Shown here: positions 51,218 to 60,636 of the stretch, in pieces
How the letters are laid out: every line of letters begins with the position of its first letter
How positions within the stretch are numbered: position 1 is the stretch's first letter
Assembly (NCBI GenBank): GCA_020428685.1
Contig: JAGQMJ010000001.1
Location: forward strand, 1-62,826
Direction: 5' to 3'
Origin: Candidatus Kaiserbacteria bacterium
GTDB taxonomy: Bacteria > Patescibacteriota > Minisyncoccia > Phycocordibacterales > UBA918
DNA: 62,826 bases
Position numbers and translations under genes: made by a program
The notes under the pieces: generated by a model
Told to the model about the DNA's origin: nothing
Databases searched by the model: none
What the model saw: only the letters and a program-made list of their open reading frames with translations

Positions 51218-52804
51218 ATGAATTATGCCGCAAAAGTTTTTCTACTGTCAGCCGTCACTCTTTTTGTGTTGGTGGGTATTTTTATGCTGAATGCTGACGA
51301 AACTGAACTTATCTCAAAGTCTGATGGGAATGTGTCTTATCAGCCTGATTATTTTTTGAGTACTTCAAGTATGCCGCTGAAGGTGGCTGGTGTTGTTGCT
51401 CCGGTGGATGAAGTTGTGCTTTCGGCTCAAATATCTGGAAACATAGAAAGGCTTAATGTTAAGACGGGAGACGTGGTAAGTGCTGGAGACAGTGTGATGG
51501 TTCAGGCTACTCCCATAGCTGACGCTAAGTTGAGGTTGGCTGAATCAGCTGGAGGTTTAGATGTGGTTCAGAGTGAACTAGAAGAATTTGTTAGAAGTAA
51601 TGACTATAAAAAAGCAGAGGTGCGGTTTTACAGTGCTGAGGATGTGGCTAGGCTGAAGACTGTAGGGCTAGATAATAGTGAAAGTATAGCGGTGGGTAAT
51701 CTTCTGAATACTCTGACTGATAATGTGACCACGTTACTGACGGCAATTAATTACATAAATAACAATCGAGAAATTTTCTCGGCTGCTGGTTTAGGGCAGT
51801 ACGAATCGCTGGTGTCTGGATTGTACGGAGTTTCACCCAGTTACTTCCAGGGGGCTATGCAAAAAAGAGGGTTTTCCGCTGAAGCAATCTTGCAGGAGCT
51901 TGACCGGATTAGGTCTGATGAAGGGAAATCTGTGGTCGAGGTTCAGAGTGTTGCACTGTTGATGAAAGAACACTTGGCGGCCACCTTAGACCTACTAACC
52001 ACAAGCGAATCAGATATTTTTGATAAAAATAAAGTGACATCTACAGATGCGTTTCAAAATGAATACTTGAGTCTCAGGTCGTCTATTACTAGCTCACTAT
52101 CGTCGTTAAGTTTTGCCAAATCAGAACTCCAGTCTGTGGTGGATGAATTCTTACTAGTCGACGAGAATAATCATTCTTCAATTAAACTTTCTGAGCTGGA
52201 TAAGAAACAGGCAGAAGAATATAAAGACTTTTCGAAGTTGATAAGTAGTAAAGTGCTTGAGGTTGCAAATGCTAATGCTGACCTTGCCTGGGCAGAAAAG
52301 AATCTTGGCAATACCAAGGCTCCTTTTTCAGGGCAAGTTTCAAAGTTACATGTTTCGGCTGGAGAGTATGTTTTGGCTGGGGAGCCGCTTTTGATATTAG
52401 TCAACGATGACTTGTTGGAAGTGGTGGTGAAAGTACCGCTCGAATTTCTGTCTAGTTTGGAGATTGGTTTGCCGTTTTTTGTGGATGGAGAAGAGGTTGG
52501 TTTTGTTTCTGAGTTTAGTCGAGTGGCATCACAGGGGAGTGGAGAGGTGGTTGTCACGTTAACCGACAAAGATATGTTGGCTGGTAATGGTGTGAGTGGG
52601 GTAATACAGCTTCCGTCAGCATCCGATTTATTTCAAGTTGAGCGTAAGTATTTGGCTTTTGATAATGAGGGGCCGTATCTCCAGTATAAAAATGGAGTTA
52701 AAACCAGAGTAGAGATACTGAGTGATTTGGGTGACTCGTTTTTTGTAAGGGTGGCTGACTATCTAGCCCAGCCACTTCAAACTAATGGAAGTATTGGTTG
52801 GTAA
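51218..52804 (+). CDS. RND efflux periplasmic adaptor (membrane fusion protein, HlyD-like)
   Basis: N-terminal TM and lipoyl-like hairpins (LSAQISGNIERLNVKTGDVVSAGDSVM; APFSGQVSKLHVSAGEYVLAGEPLL). A long coiled coil lies between them. Confidence 0.75.
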   Translation: MNYAAKVFLLSAVTLFVLVGIFMLNADETELISKSDGNVSYQPDYFLSTSSMPLKVAGVVAPVDEVVLSAQISGNIERLNVKTGDVVSAGDSVMVQATPIADAKLRLAESAGGLDVVQSELEEFVRSNDYKKAEVRFYSAEDVARLKTVGLDNSESIAVGNLLNTLTDNVTTLLTAINYINNNREIFSAAGLGQYESLVSGLYGVSPSYFQGAMQKRGFSAEAILQELDRIRSDEGKSVVEVQSVALLMKEHLAATLDLLTTSESDIFDKNKVTSTDAFQNEYLSLRSSITSSLSSLSFAKSELQSVVDEFLLVDENNHSSIKLSELDKKQAEEYKDFSKLISSKVLEVANANADLAWAEKNLGNTKAPFSGQVSKLHVSAGEYVLAGEPLLILVNDDLLEVVVKVPLEFLSSLEIGLPFFVDGEEVGFVSEFSRVASQGSGEVVVTLTDKDMLAGNGVSGVIQLPSASDLFQVERKYLAFDNEGPYLQYKNGVKTRVEILSDLGDSFFVRVADYLAQPLQTNGSIGW

Positions 52805-52806
52805 TT

Positions 52807-55800
52807 ATGAATAGAGAAACAGAGATTAATTTACTCGGTAGGATTGGGCACTTTTTTGTGGTCAACAAACCACTGTCTATTTTGCTTTTGGCTACAGCAT
52901 TGATTTTTGGATTTGTTTCTTTTTTATCAACTCCAAAACAATACAATCCGGAAATTGTTCGACCGGCTTTTTCGATACAGATTAACTATCAAGGGGCGAC
53001 AGTTGATGAAGCAATAGACAGGGTTGTGTACGAGCTGGCAGAAAAAATAAACACTGTACCAGGAGTCGACGATGTTTTCTCTGAGGTGAACAATGGGTCA
53101 GAAATAAACACGATGGTTATTTTTGAAGTTGGCTATGATGCTATCAAAGCAAAACTTGATCTGTTGTCTCAACTTGAGCAGCATAGTTATTTGGCTCGTG
53201 GAAATATTGAGAGTCCGCAAATAATTGAAATTAATCCTGAGACAGTGCCGGTCTTGCAACTTGTCTTTGGTGCAAAAGATTTGAGTGTGTCTGAATTAAG
53301 ACAAAAAGTAATTGGCGTCACGCACTTGCTGGGTGGGCTTGAAGGGGTGAGTGAGATGAGTGTTCATGGTGGTTATCAAGAATCATTGGTGGTTGAAGTA
53401 GATGTGGAACTTTTGGCTGAGCAAAAATTGATGGTTTCGGATATAGAAACACTGCTCAAATCTAGTCAGACGAAGAGTTATAGCAGTGGGTTGCAGTATG
53501 GAAATAATATTCTGCCACTAGTGTTTGATGGTCGGGTGAATACGCCCGAAAGAATTGGTTTACTCAATGTGAACAATGAGGTCCAATTGCGAGAGGTGGC
53601 AAAAATATATGAAGGGACAGCTGGTGTCAGGCCTTATGTTTTTTATCATGATAAGGATAGGTTGGGTGAGGTGATCATGTTGTCTGTGTCTAAGGTTGAA
53701 GGTGCTAGTGCTCCAGATGTGACAAAAATATTTTTATCCACGCTTGATAAAAACTTAACTAGTTCAGAATTTTCTTCATTAGAATATAAGGTGGTTGGTG
53801 ATGATGGAGCTACCGCCAGTAAGGAAATAAATGGATTAACAAAAAATCTGCTAACATCCATCCTGATAGTTGCTCTGGTCTTGCTTTTATTTTTGTCAGT
53901 CCGAGCCGCGTTGGTTGTCTTGATTGCAATCCCTCTGACCCTTCTTGTTGTGTTTGGACTGGGTTGGTTTTTTGACCAAACAATAAATCGCATCACTCTA
54001 TTTGCCTTAATTCTGTCGCTCGGACTGCTGGTTGATTCGGCTATTGTGGTGGTTGAAAATATCTATTCTCACTTACGGACGTCTGCTGAAACCAAAGATG
54101 ATTCTGAGCGTGAAAAACTAATTGCGAAAGCAGTTGGAGAAATTGGAATTGGTCTGATGCTTTCAACTCTGACCTCGGTGATAGTTTTTTTACCGATGAA
54201 CTACATTACTGGAATGATGGGTCCATACATGGGTCCGATTGCCTTTTTTGTTCCAGCAGCTTTAATTGTTTCTCTTTTAATTGCAATTGTGATTACGCCT
54301 TTTGTAGCAAATCACTTAGTTATCGAAGATGAAAAAACATTAGGGATTACAAAATGGTTTTCTAGGCTACTAGATAAGGTAACCCATAGATACAAGAATT
54401 TTTTAGGGGTGGTTTTGTATAGTAGAAAAAAGCAAAAGTTAATTTTGAAAGGTGCTCTAGGGTTGTTTTTGGTTGCTGTTACTTTACCTTTGTTTGGTCT
54501 GGTACATTTTCAGATGTTGCCGAAAGCAGATAGGGACCAAGTGTATCTTTATCTAGATTTACCGATTGGAACTAGTTTGGAAAAGACGAAGGAGGTTAGT
54601 GCAGAGTTGGGAGATTTAATTGTTGCTAATACTGACGTGGTCAGTGTTCAGGAGTTTGTTGGAACGCCTGCGATTTTAGATTTTAATGGAATGTTCAAAG
54701 GGGTTCAGAATCGTGATGGCTCTCAGCAAGCTACGTTCAGAATTAACTTGGTGGCAAGTGACGATAGAGTGGATAGTTCGAGTGAATTCACCAGCAAACT
54801 TAGAGCCGAACTAAAAAATGGTCTACCTAATGTGGCTGATTATGTAAGGCTGATAGAAGAGCCGCCAGGTCCGCCGGTAAAGGCTACTTTTGTGGCAAAG
54901 GTGTTTAATGAAAACGAGGAGGTGAGATCAGCTTTTGCAAAAAACCTGACTGAATCTATGGCTGGCATTGCCGGTGTAGTTGATATTGATGTAGAAAAAG
55001 ATGATTCGGTAGGCCAGTTGGTAGTTGATTATAACGAAGTTTCGGCTGGTGCTTATGGGGTTAAGGTTGATCAAGTTGAGTCGGTGGTCAATCTAATGAG
55101 TGGGCCGATAGAGGTAGGTGAGTACTTTAAAGTTGAAGAAGTGGAGCATTCCCCAATCCTGATTTCTTTAGCAAATAAAGATAGAGAAATGGCCAGCGAT
55201 ATAGACAACCTACAGATAAGAAATTTTGACGGCGAAATGGTGTCCGTGTCTTCGGTGGTGGATTTCTCTTACGTTGAAAGACCATCTCGGCAGAGTTTTG
55301 AGAATAGTAAAGCTGTCACGTACGTGACGGCTGAGGTGGCTGATCGCTCGATTGTCTATGTGGTAATTGAGCTTATGAAAAAACTTATTGCGGGAGGGCT
55401 TAGTGACTACGATGCGGTTGATTGGAATTTATTTGGCATTGAATTTGAGAGTGATGATGGCGATAGAGTGTCGCTTAAGTGGGGAGGTGAATGGGAGATG
55501 ACACTGGAGAATTTTCGAGATTTGGGTATAGCAATGGGTGTGGCCTTGGCTTTGGTGTATGCAGTCTTGGTGGCACAGTACAACAGATTTGCGACCCCGG
55601 CTTTTATTTTAGTCACTGTCCCATTGGGCTTAATAGGTATTTTGTTTGGCTTTACTATTTTGGATAATGGCTGGAACGTCTATCTCACTGCTACTGCTCT
55701 TATCGGTTTCATTGCTCTTATCGGTCTGGTGGTCAACAATGCGATTATCTTTTTAGAGTATGTTGAGCAGGCTGGTAAGAGTGGCTTGGACTTTCGTCAG

Positions 55801-56010
55801 TCTTTGCTGGCGGCAGGTGAAGCTCGCTTGCGACCAATCTTCCTTACGTCACTCACGACAATTCTCGGCTCGCTCACCATCGCTAGTGATCCTGTGTGGT
55901 CTGGATTGGCGTGGGCGATTGTGTTTGGGTTGTCACTATCGACGATTATGACGCTGGTGATTTATCCAATTTTATTAGTTTATTTTGACGTTAGTATAGG
56001 AGATAATTAA
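52807..56010 (+). CDS. RND-family efflux transporter permease (AcrB/AcrD/AcrF family)
   Basis: About 1067 aa with a 12-TM, two-large-loop architecture. It has the typical GLLVDSAIVVVENI and GLVVNNAIIFLEY motifs. Confidence 0.9.
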   Translation: MNRETEINLLGRIGHFFVVNKPLSILLLATALIFGFVSFLSTPKQYNPEIVRPAFSIQINYQGATVDEAIDRVVYELAEKINTVPGVDDVFSEVNNGSEINTMVIFEVGYDAIKAKLDLLSQLEQHSYLARGNIESPQIIEINPETVPVLQLVFGAKDLSVSELRQKVIGVTHLLGGLEGVSEMSVHGGYQESLVVEVDVELLAEQKLMVSDIETLLKSSQTKSYSSGLQYGNNILPLVFDGRVNTPERIGLLNVNNEVQLREVAKIYEGTAGVRPYVFYHDKDRLGEVIMLSVSKVEGASAPDVTKIFLSTLDKNLTSSEFSSLEYKVVGDDGATASKEINGLTKNLLTSILIVALVLLLFLSVRAALVVLIAIPLTLLVVFGLGWFFDQTINRITLFALILSLGLLVDSAIVVVENIYSHLRTSAETKDDSEREKLIAKAVGEIGIGLMLSTLTSVIVFLPMNYITGMMGPYMGPIAFFVPAALIVSLLIAIVITPFVANHLVIEDEKTLGITKWFSRLLDKVTHRYKNFLGVVLYSRKKQKLILKGALGLFLVAVTLPLFGLVHFQMLPKADRDQVYLYLDLPIGTSLEKTKEVSAELGDLIVANTDVVSVQEFVGTPAILDFNGMFKGVQNRDGSQQATFRINLVASDDRVDSSSEFTSKLRAELKNGLPNVADYVRLIEEPPGPPVKATFVAKVFNENEEVRSAFAKNLTESMAGIAGVVDIDVEKDDSVGQLVVDYNEVSAGAYGVKVDQVESVVNLMSGPIEVGEYFKVEEVEHSPILISLANKDREMASDIDNLQIRNFDGEMVSVSSVVDFSYVERPSRQSFENSKAVTYVTAEVADRSIVYVVIELMKKLIAGGLSDYDAVDWNLFGIEFESDDGDRVSLKWGGEWEMTLENFRDLGIAMGVALALVYAVLVAQYNRFATPAFILVTVPLGLIGILFGFTILDNGWNVYLTATALIGFIALIGLVVNNAIIFLEYVEQAGKSGLDFRQSLLAAGEARLRPIFLTSLTTILGSLTIASDPVWSGLAWAIVFGLSLSTIMTLVIYPILLVYFDVSIGDN

Positions 56011-56014
56011 ATAT

Positions 56015-56254
56015 ATGTTTACATTAAAAACAAAAGATTTAACTGAAGAAGTCACATTAAAAAATTTACCTACCCTTAGACAGACTTTTGTAGTTGCTGC
56101 TTCTTTTATCATCATTGGTTACATTCTTGGGTATTTTGTCAGCTCATGGTTTATGATCTTACCGCTGGTTGTAGCTGGAGGATTACTCCTGGCTGGTACT
56201 TTTGGCTTTTGTCCTTTAGTAATGATTTTGCAGAAAATGCCTTGGAATAAGTAG
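56015..56254 (+). CDS. DUF2892 (YgaP-like) small membrane protein
   Basis: 79 aa, two TM helices, C-terminal GFCPL motif. Confidence 0.55.
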   Translation: MFTLKTKDLTEEVTLKNLPTLRQTFVVAASFIIIGYILGYFVSSWFMILPLVVAGGLLLAGTFGFCPLVMILQKMPWNK

Positions 56255-56264
56255 GGGATTGAAG

Positions 56265-56305
56265 GTGCGAAAAAAATAACCCGTAAGGGTTATTTTTTTT
56301 CGCAC
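56265..56305 (+). terminator. Intrinsic terminator
   Basis: GTGCGAAAAAAATAACCC-GTAA-GGGTTATTTTTTTTCGCAC. Confidence 0.85.
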
Positions 56306-56326
56306 TATAAACCAGCTTGCAATAGA

Positions 56327-56346
56327 AACATTCTTAGTGTAATGTT
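56327..56346. promoter_or_regulatory. Short inverted repeat upstream of the metalloregulator gene (possible operator)
   Basis: AACATT-N8-AATGTT, 6 nt before the ATG at 56352. Confidence 0.2.
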
Positions 56347-56351
56347 CGTGT

Positions 56352-56792
56352 ATGCGAACAATTGCTAGTAAGCAATCTCCAATTAGTGCAACTAAAGAAG
56401 ACTACATTCGGGCTATTTATATGTTGCAGACAGCGGAGAGTGGCGCAAGCGTAACTCAAATTTCTGAAAGGCTGAAACTCAGTAAGTCTACAGTGTCAGA
56501 AAGAATAAAGGAGTTGGTGAGAGATAACTTGGCAGTGGCAGAAGCATATGCGCCGGTTACTCTGACGCAGAAGGGGGTAGATATTGGTGAAAAATTAACA
56601 TTCAAACATCGTATCATCGAAGTTTTTTTACATGATGTATTGAAAATAGAAAAAGAAAAGATTCACGCAGAAGCAGAAAGATTGGAACATGCTTGTAGTG
56701 ATGAGGTGATACAAAAGTTGGCGGGTTTTTTGAATAACCCCAAAAGTGATCCTCACGGCTCAGCTATCCCACAAATTAAAAATTGGAATTAA
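56352..56792 (+). CDS. mntR: DtxR/MntR-family metal-dependent transcriptional regulator
   Basis: EDYIRAIY and a wHTH (VTQISERLKLSKSTVSERIKEL). The dimerisation/metal domain has HRIIEVFL...EAERLEHACSDEV. Confidence 0.8.
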   Translation: MRTIASKQSPISATKEDYIRAIYMLQTAESGASVTQISERLKLSKSTVSERIKELVRDNLAVAEAYAPVTLTQKGVDIGEKLTFKHRIIEVFLHDVLKIEKEKIHAEAERLEHACSDEVIQKLAGFLNNPKSDPHGSAIPQIKNWN

Positions 56793-56803
56793 TAAAATTT
56801 AGT

Positions 56804-57730
56804 ATGAAGAAGATTGTAATTATAGTAGCGGTATTAGGATTGTTAGTTGTTCTAATCAGTCAATTTGCTGGCAGTACAAATAATCAAATAGATGAGGGAG
56901 GGTCGGAAGATAAATTGGTAGCCCTTAGCACTTTCACGATCATTTCAGACATGGTGAGTGAGGTGGGAGGAGACAAAGTTGAGGCGATATCACTTACCAA
57001 GCCTGGTGCAGAAATTCACGGTTATCAGCCAACGCCAGCTGATTTGGTGCAGGCCAGTCGAGCGGATGTGATTTTTGAAAATGGTATGAACCTGGAGCTT
57101 TGGACAGAAAAGCTGCGAGCTAGTATTCCTGACGTGCCGGTAAAGACGATTAGTAAAGGTGTGCAGGTGATAGACATAGCTGAAGACGCTTATGTTGGTA
57201 AGCCAAATCCTCACGCTTGGATGTCTCCAGAGCAAGGTCTAGTTTATGTAGAAAATATCCGTCGTGAACTAACAGAGCTGGCGCCAGAACATGCGGAATA
57301 TTTTGCTGCCAATGCTGAAGCTTATTCAGCAAAAATCAAAGCAGTTGATATTGAGTTGGAAACTGCATTGGCTACACTGCCAGACAATAATCGGGTTCTA
57401 GTTTCGTGTGAAGGAGCTTTCTCTTATCTAGCAAATGACTATGGTTTGGAGGAGGTGTATTTGTGGGCTATCAATTCTGATGCTCAGGGTTCGCCCCAAC
57501 AAGTTGCAAAGGTAATAGAGATTGTGAAGGAGCGTCAGATCCCAGCTGTCTTTTGTGAAAGTACAGTTGAACCTCGTATCCAAAGGGAAGTGGTGGAAGC
57601 TACTGGAGCAAGGTTTGGAGGTACTTTGTATGTAGATTCTCTATCAACTGCTGACGGTCCGGCATCAACCTATCTTGCTCAATTGGAATACACAGCTAGT
57701 ACAATTATCTCTGGTTTAACTGGTAAATAA
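56804..57730 (+). CDS. Metal (Mn/Zn) ABC transporter substrate-binding protein, TroA/ZnuA cluster-9 family
   Basis: ATG at 56804 and a signal anchor. Motifs are GAEIHGYQPTPAD, NPHAWMSP and the long backbone-helix pattern. Confidence 0.8.
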   Translation: MKKIVIIVAVLGLLVVLISQFAGSTNNQIDEGGSEDKLVALSTFTIISDMVSEVGGDKVEAISLTKPGAEIHGYQPTPADLVQASRADVIFENGMNLELWTEKLRASIPDVPVKTISKGVQVIDIAEDAYVGKPNPHAWMSPEQGLVYVENIRRELTELAPEHAEYFAANAEAYSAKIKAVDIELETALATLPDNNRVLVSCEGAFSYLANDYGLEEVYLWAINSDAQGSPQQVAKVIEIVKERQIPAVFCESTVEPRIQREVVEATGARFGGTLYVDSLSTADGPASTYLAQLEYTASTIISGLTGK

Positions 57731-57732
57731 TT

Positions 57733-58485
57733 ATGGTCGACACAACAAAAGATATTGCTATTTCCTTAGATAACGTATCTGTTAACTACGGCAGTAAAGA
57801 GGTGCTTAAAAATACCAATTTACGTATACCGTACAAAACCTTTACGGGAGTAATCGGAATGAACGGCGCAGGTAAATCAACTGTTTTTAAAGTGATAATG
57901 GGCCTCGTACCGCCTACCGTGGGTAGCGTGAGGGTGTGTGGCGATGATACAAAAATCGCTCAAAAGCACGGTCATGTTGCTTATGTGAGACAAAGTGAAG
58001 CGGTTGATTGGGATTTTCCTATATCAGTAAATGAAGTGGTTATGATGGGGAGAATGGGGGTGCAAAATATTTTTAAAACTCCCACCAAAGCCGATAAGGC
58101 GGCTGTCGAAGACGCGCTGAAGCAGGTCCGGATGGAAGATTTTTCTGACAGACAAATCGGAGAATTGTCAGGTGGTCAAAAGAAGCGAGTTTTTGTGGCG
58201 CGAGCCTTGGCTCAGGGTGCGGATATTCTATTGCTCGATGAACCATTCGCCGGACTGGACGCTACTAGCGAGCGATCTTTGATAGATTTGTTTATTCAAC
58301 TCAAAGAACAAGGAAAGACTATTATTTTAGCTACTCACGATTTGCTTTCTTTGCCAGACACTTGCGATCAGGTGGCGCTTGTAAAAGGAACTGTGATTGC
58401 ACATGGTCCGACCAAAGAAGTATTTACCAAGGATCTAGTGTCCAAAACTTTCGACGGATTACTTCATCATATTAAATTCGACTAG
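57733..58485 (+). CDS. Metal ABC transporter ATP-binding protein
   Basis: Walker A GMNGAGKST, signature LSGGQKKR, Walker B ILLLDEP. Confidence 0.9.
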   Translation: MVDTTKDIAISLDNVSVNYGSKEVLKNTNLRIPYKTFTGVIGMNGAGKSTVFKVIMGLVPPTVGSVRVCGDDTKIAQKHGHVAYVRQSEAVDWDFPISVNEVVMMGRMGVQNIFKTPTKADKAAVEDALKQVRMEDFSDRQIGELSGGQKKRVFVARALAQGADILLLDEPFAGLDATSERSLIDLFIQLKEQGKTIILATHDLLSLPDTCDQVALVKGTVIAHGPTKEVFTKDLVSKTFDGLLHHIKFD

Positions 58486-58487
58486 TT

Positions 58488-59312
58488 ATGATTTTAGATT
58501 TTATTTTAGAACCGTTGCAATACGCTTTTATGATGAAGGCGCTGATGGTGGCGACTGTGGTTGGAGTGGCTTGTGCCATTCTTTCGTGTTTCCTCATTTT
58601 GAAAGGTTGGTCTCTTCTAGGTGATGCGATTTCTCATGCGGTATTGCCTGGAGTGGTTGTGGCCTACATGCTTGGAATACCATTTGGTCTTGGGGCATTT
58701 GTTTTTGCTATGCTCTGCGTGATATTGATTGGTTTGATTAAAAACAATTCAAAGATTAAAGAGGATGCGGTGATGGGAATTGTTTTTACAACATTTTTCG
58801 CGCTGGGATTAATGTTGATTTCAAAAATCGTTAGTTCGGTAGACTTGACTCACGTATTGTTTGGGGAAGTATTGGGAATATCAGATGAATCAGCCCTATA
58901 CACCACAGCTATCTTGGCAGTTGTTTCGGCAATCATCCTTATTTTCCGTCGAGTATTTTTGGTTTTCTGTTTTGATCCAATACACGCTCAGACGATCGGA
59001 ATGCCAGTGACCTTTATTCACTACGCTTTTCTGGTACTTTTGGCGATTACTATCACTGGCTCAATACAAACGGTAGGTATTATTCTTGTAATTGCGATGC
59101 TTATTACTCCGGGCTCGACGGCTTTTCTGTTGACCAAGAATATCTCCAACATGATTATGATTGCTGTTCTGGTGAGTGTATTTAGTTCGGTGGTGGGGGC
59201 GTACTCAAGCTATTACTTTGACGTAGCAACTGGAGGCACAATTGTTTTTGTTCAGGGAATAATTTTCTTGGCGGTTTTGAGTTATCAAAAACTAACATCC
59301 TCTGGCTCATAG
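58488..59312 (+). CDS. Metal ABC transporter permease (ABC-3 family)
   Basis: 274 aa, about 8 TM helices, with LLGDAISHAVLPGV typical of ZnuB/MntD-type permeases. Confidence 0.85.
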   Translation: MILDFILEPLQYAFMMKALMVATVVGVACAILSCFLILKGWSLLGDAISHAVLPGVVVAYMLGIPFGLGAFVFAMLCVILIGLIKNNSKIKEDAVMGIVFTTFFALGLMLISKIVSSVDLTHVLFGEVLGISDESALYTTAILAVVSAIILIFRRVFLVFCFDPIHAQTIGMPVTFIHYAFLVLLAITITGSIQTVGIILVIAMLITPGSTAFLLTKNISNMIMIAVLVSVFSSVVGAYSSYYFDVATGGTIVFVQGIIFLAVLSYQKLTSSGS

Positions 59313-59458
59313 AGGGAAGACTTAAGTCTTAATTTGGCAGTGTACTTTTCCCCTACAGTTTAATTGTGTCCGGCTCAGATGTGGTAAAAATAGGGGAAGG
59401 GAGGTTAGTTTTTAATAACTAACCTCTTTGTCTGTTTAATACAAATCACAATATAAAT

Positions 59459-60151
59459 ATGAGCTTTACAAAATCATTATTACTTGAAAAACGCTTTGCA
59501 GTAGCAGCAATTATAATTTCTGCGAGTTTTGCTTTTTTCGCCACTAGTATAAATTCTGCTCAAGCGGAGGAAAATACAAGTGATGAAGTTGAAACTGAAG
59601 AAATTTCTAGTGAAGAGGCACAGAAAAGAGCTGAGATGAAGAAGCGGATTGAAGAGCTGCGAGCAATACTAGATGCGCGCAAAGCAGAATTCAAAGCTAA
59701 AAAAGAAGAAGCCAAGGAGGAGTTTAAAGAAAAAAGAGCTGAAGCTAAGGCAGAGTTCAAGCTTGATAAAGCAGAGTTCGTAGCTAGCCTTGAAGGACTG
59801 GATGAAGAAGAGAAGCGAGCAAAAATGATGGAGTTTATTCAAAATTTGAAATCTATAATTGAGGCAAGAAAAGCTGAGATGAAGAGTCAGATTGAGATTA
59901 AAAAAGAGACTTTCAAAGCTGAGAAAGAAGAGTTCAAGAATGATAGGGAAGCACTCAAAGATGATCTGGCTGGCTTGACTAGAGAACAAAAAATAGCCGC
60001 CATCATGAAGAGAGTTGAAGACCTAAAAAAGAAAATGAGTGACAAAATGTCTGATGAAGATGAAGATGAAGATGAAGATGAAGATGAAGATGAAGATGAA
60101 GATGAAAGTGATAGTGACGACGACAATGATGATGACGAGGTAGTCTCATAA
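59459..60151 (+). CDS. Secreted Lys/Glu-rich coiled-coil repeat protein with poly-(Asp-Glu) tail
   Basis: Signal peptide, then two units of about 60 aa (RKAEFKAKKEEAKEEFKEK... / RKAEMKSQIEIKKETFKAEKEEFKND...). The C-terminus has a (DE)9 tract followed by SDSDDDNDDDE. Confidence 0.6.
   Translation: MSFTKSLLLEKRFAVAAIIISASFAFFATSINSAQAEENTSDEVETEEISSEEAQKRAEMKKRIEELRAILDARKAEFKAKKEEAKEEFKEKRAEAKAEFKLDKAEFVASLEGLDEEEKRAKMMEFIQNLKSIIEARKAEMKSQIEIKKETFKAEKEEFKNDREALKDDLAGLTREQKIAAIMKRVEDLKKKMSDKMSDEDEDEDEDEDEDEDEDESDSDDDNDDDEVVS
60053..60106 (+). repeat. Perfect hexanucleotide microsatellite (GATGAA)x9
   Basis: Nine uninterrupted GATGAA copies counted in the sequence. They encode (Asp-Glu)9. Confidence 0.95.
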
Positions 60152-60179
60152 TTTCAACTACAAGTCATTTCGTGTGAAA

Positions 60180-60208
60180 GCAAAAACAGCCCTGAGGGCT
60201 GTTTTTGC
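60180..60208 (+). terminator. Intrinsic terminator
   Basis: GCAAAAACAGCCC-TGA-GGGCTGTTTTTGC followed by TTTG. Confidence 0.85.
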
Positions 60209-60438
60209 TTTGTGGTGGACTGTCTCGAGTTAGAACCGTGTGACACCAAGCCCTGCCTGATGGATTTACTAATATCTGGAATTCAATTTGATAGTGTCTC
60301 GTGTGCAAGTTTTTAAACATAAAATGATACAATCATTTTATGCTTAATAAAAAATACATAGTGATTTCCCTAACTTTCGCAACACTATTTATCTGGAATA
60401 TATCTTTACAAGTAAAAAGTAACGATTTAGCTAATTAG

Positions 60439-60636
60439 ATAGTCGATATAATAAATATATCAGAATGGGCTGAAGATAAAGCTGTCACAAATGAAAAACT
60501 GGCTACTGAAACAGATATCAGGAACTACGCAAAATGCATTCTGAAAGAAGGTTCAACTATCGAGAAGCGAGAGTTGCTTGCAAATCTGCGCTCACGCATC
60601 ATGTATAAAGACAAAACATTAAAGCTTCTGGACTAA
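60439..60636 (+). pseudogene. Start-less 65-codon frame resembling the C-terminal tail of large serine recombinases
   Basis: IRNYAKCILKEGSTIEKRELLANLRSRIMYKDKTLKLLD resembles the remembered tail pattern ...G..eeKReiL..LgSNl.LkDkkL of recombinase-family proteins. There is no start codon, and the frame follows an in-frame TAG. Confidence 0.3.
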
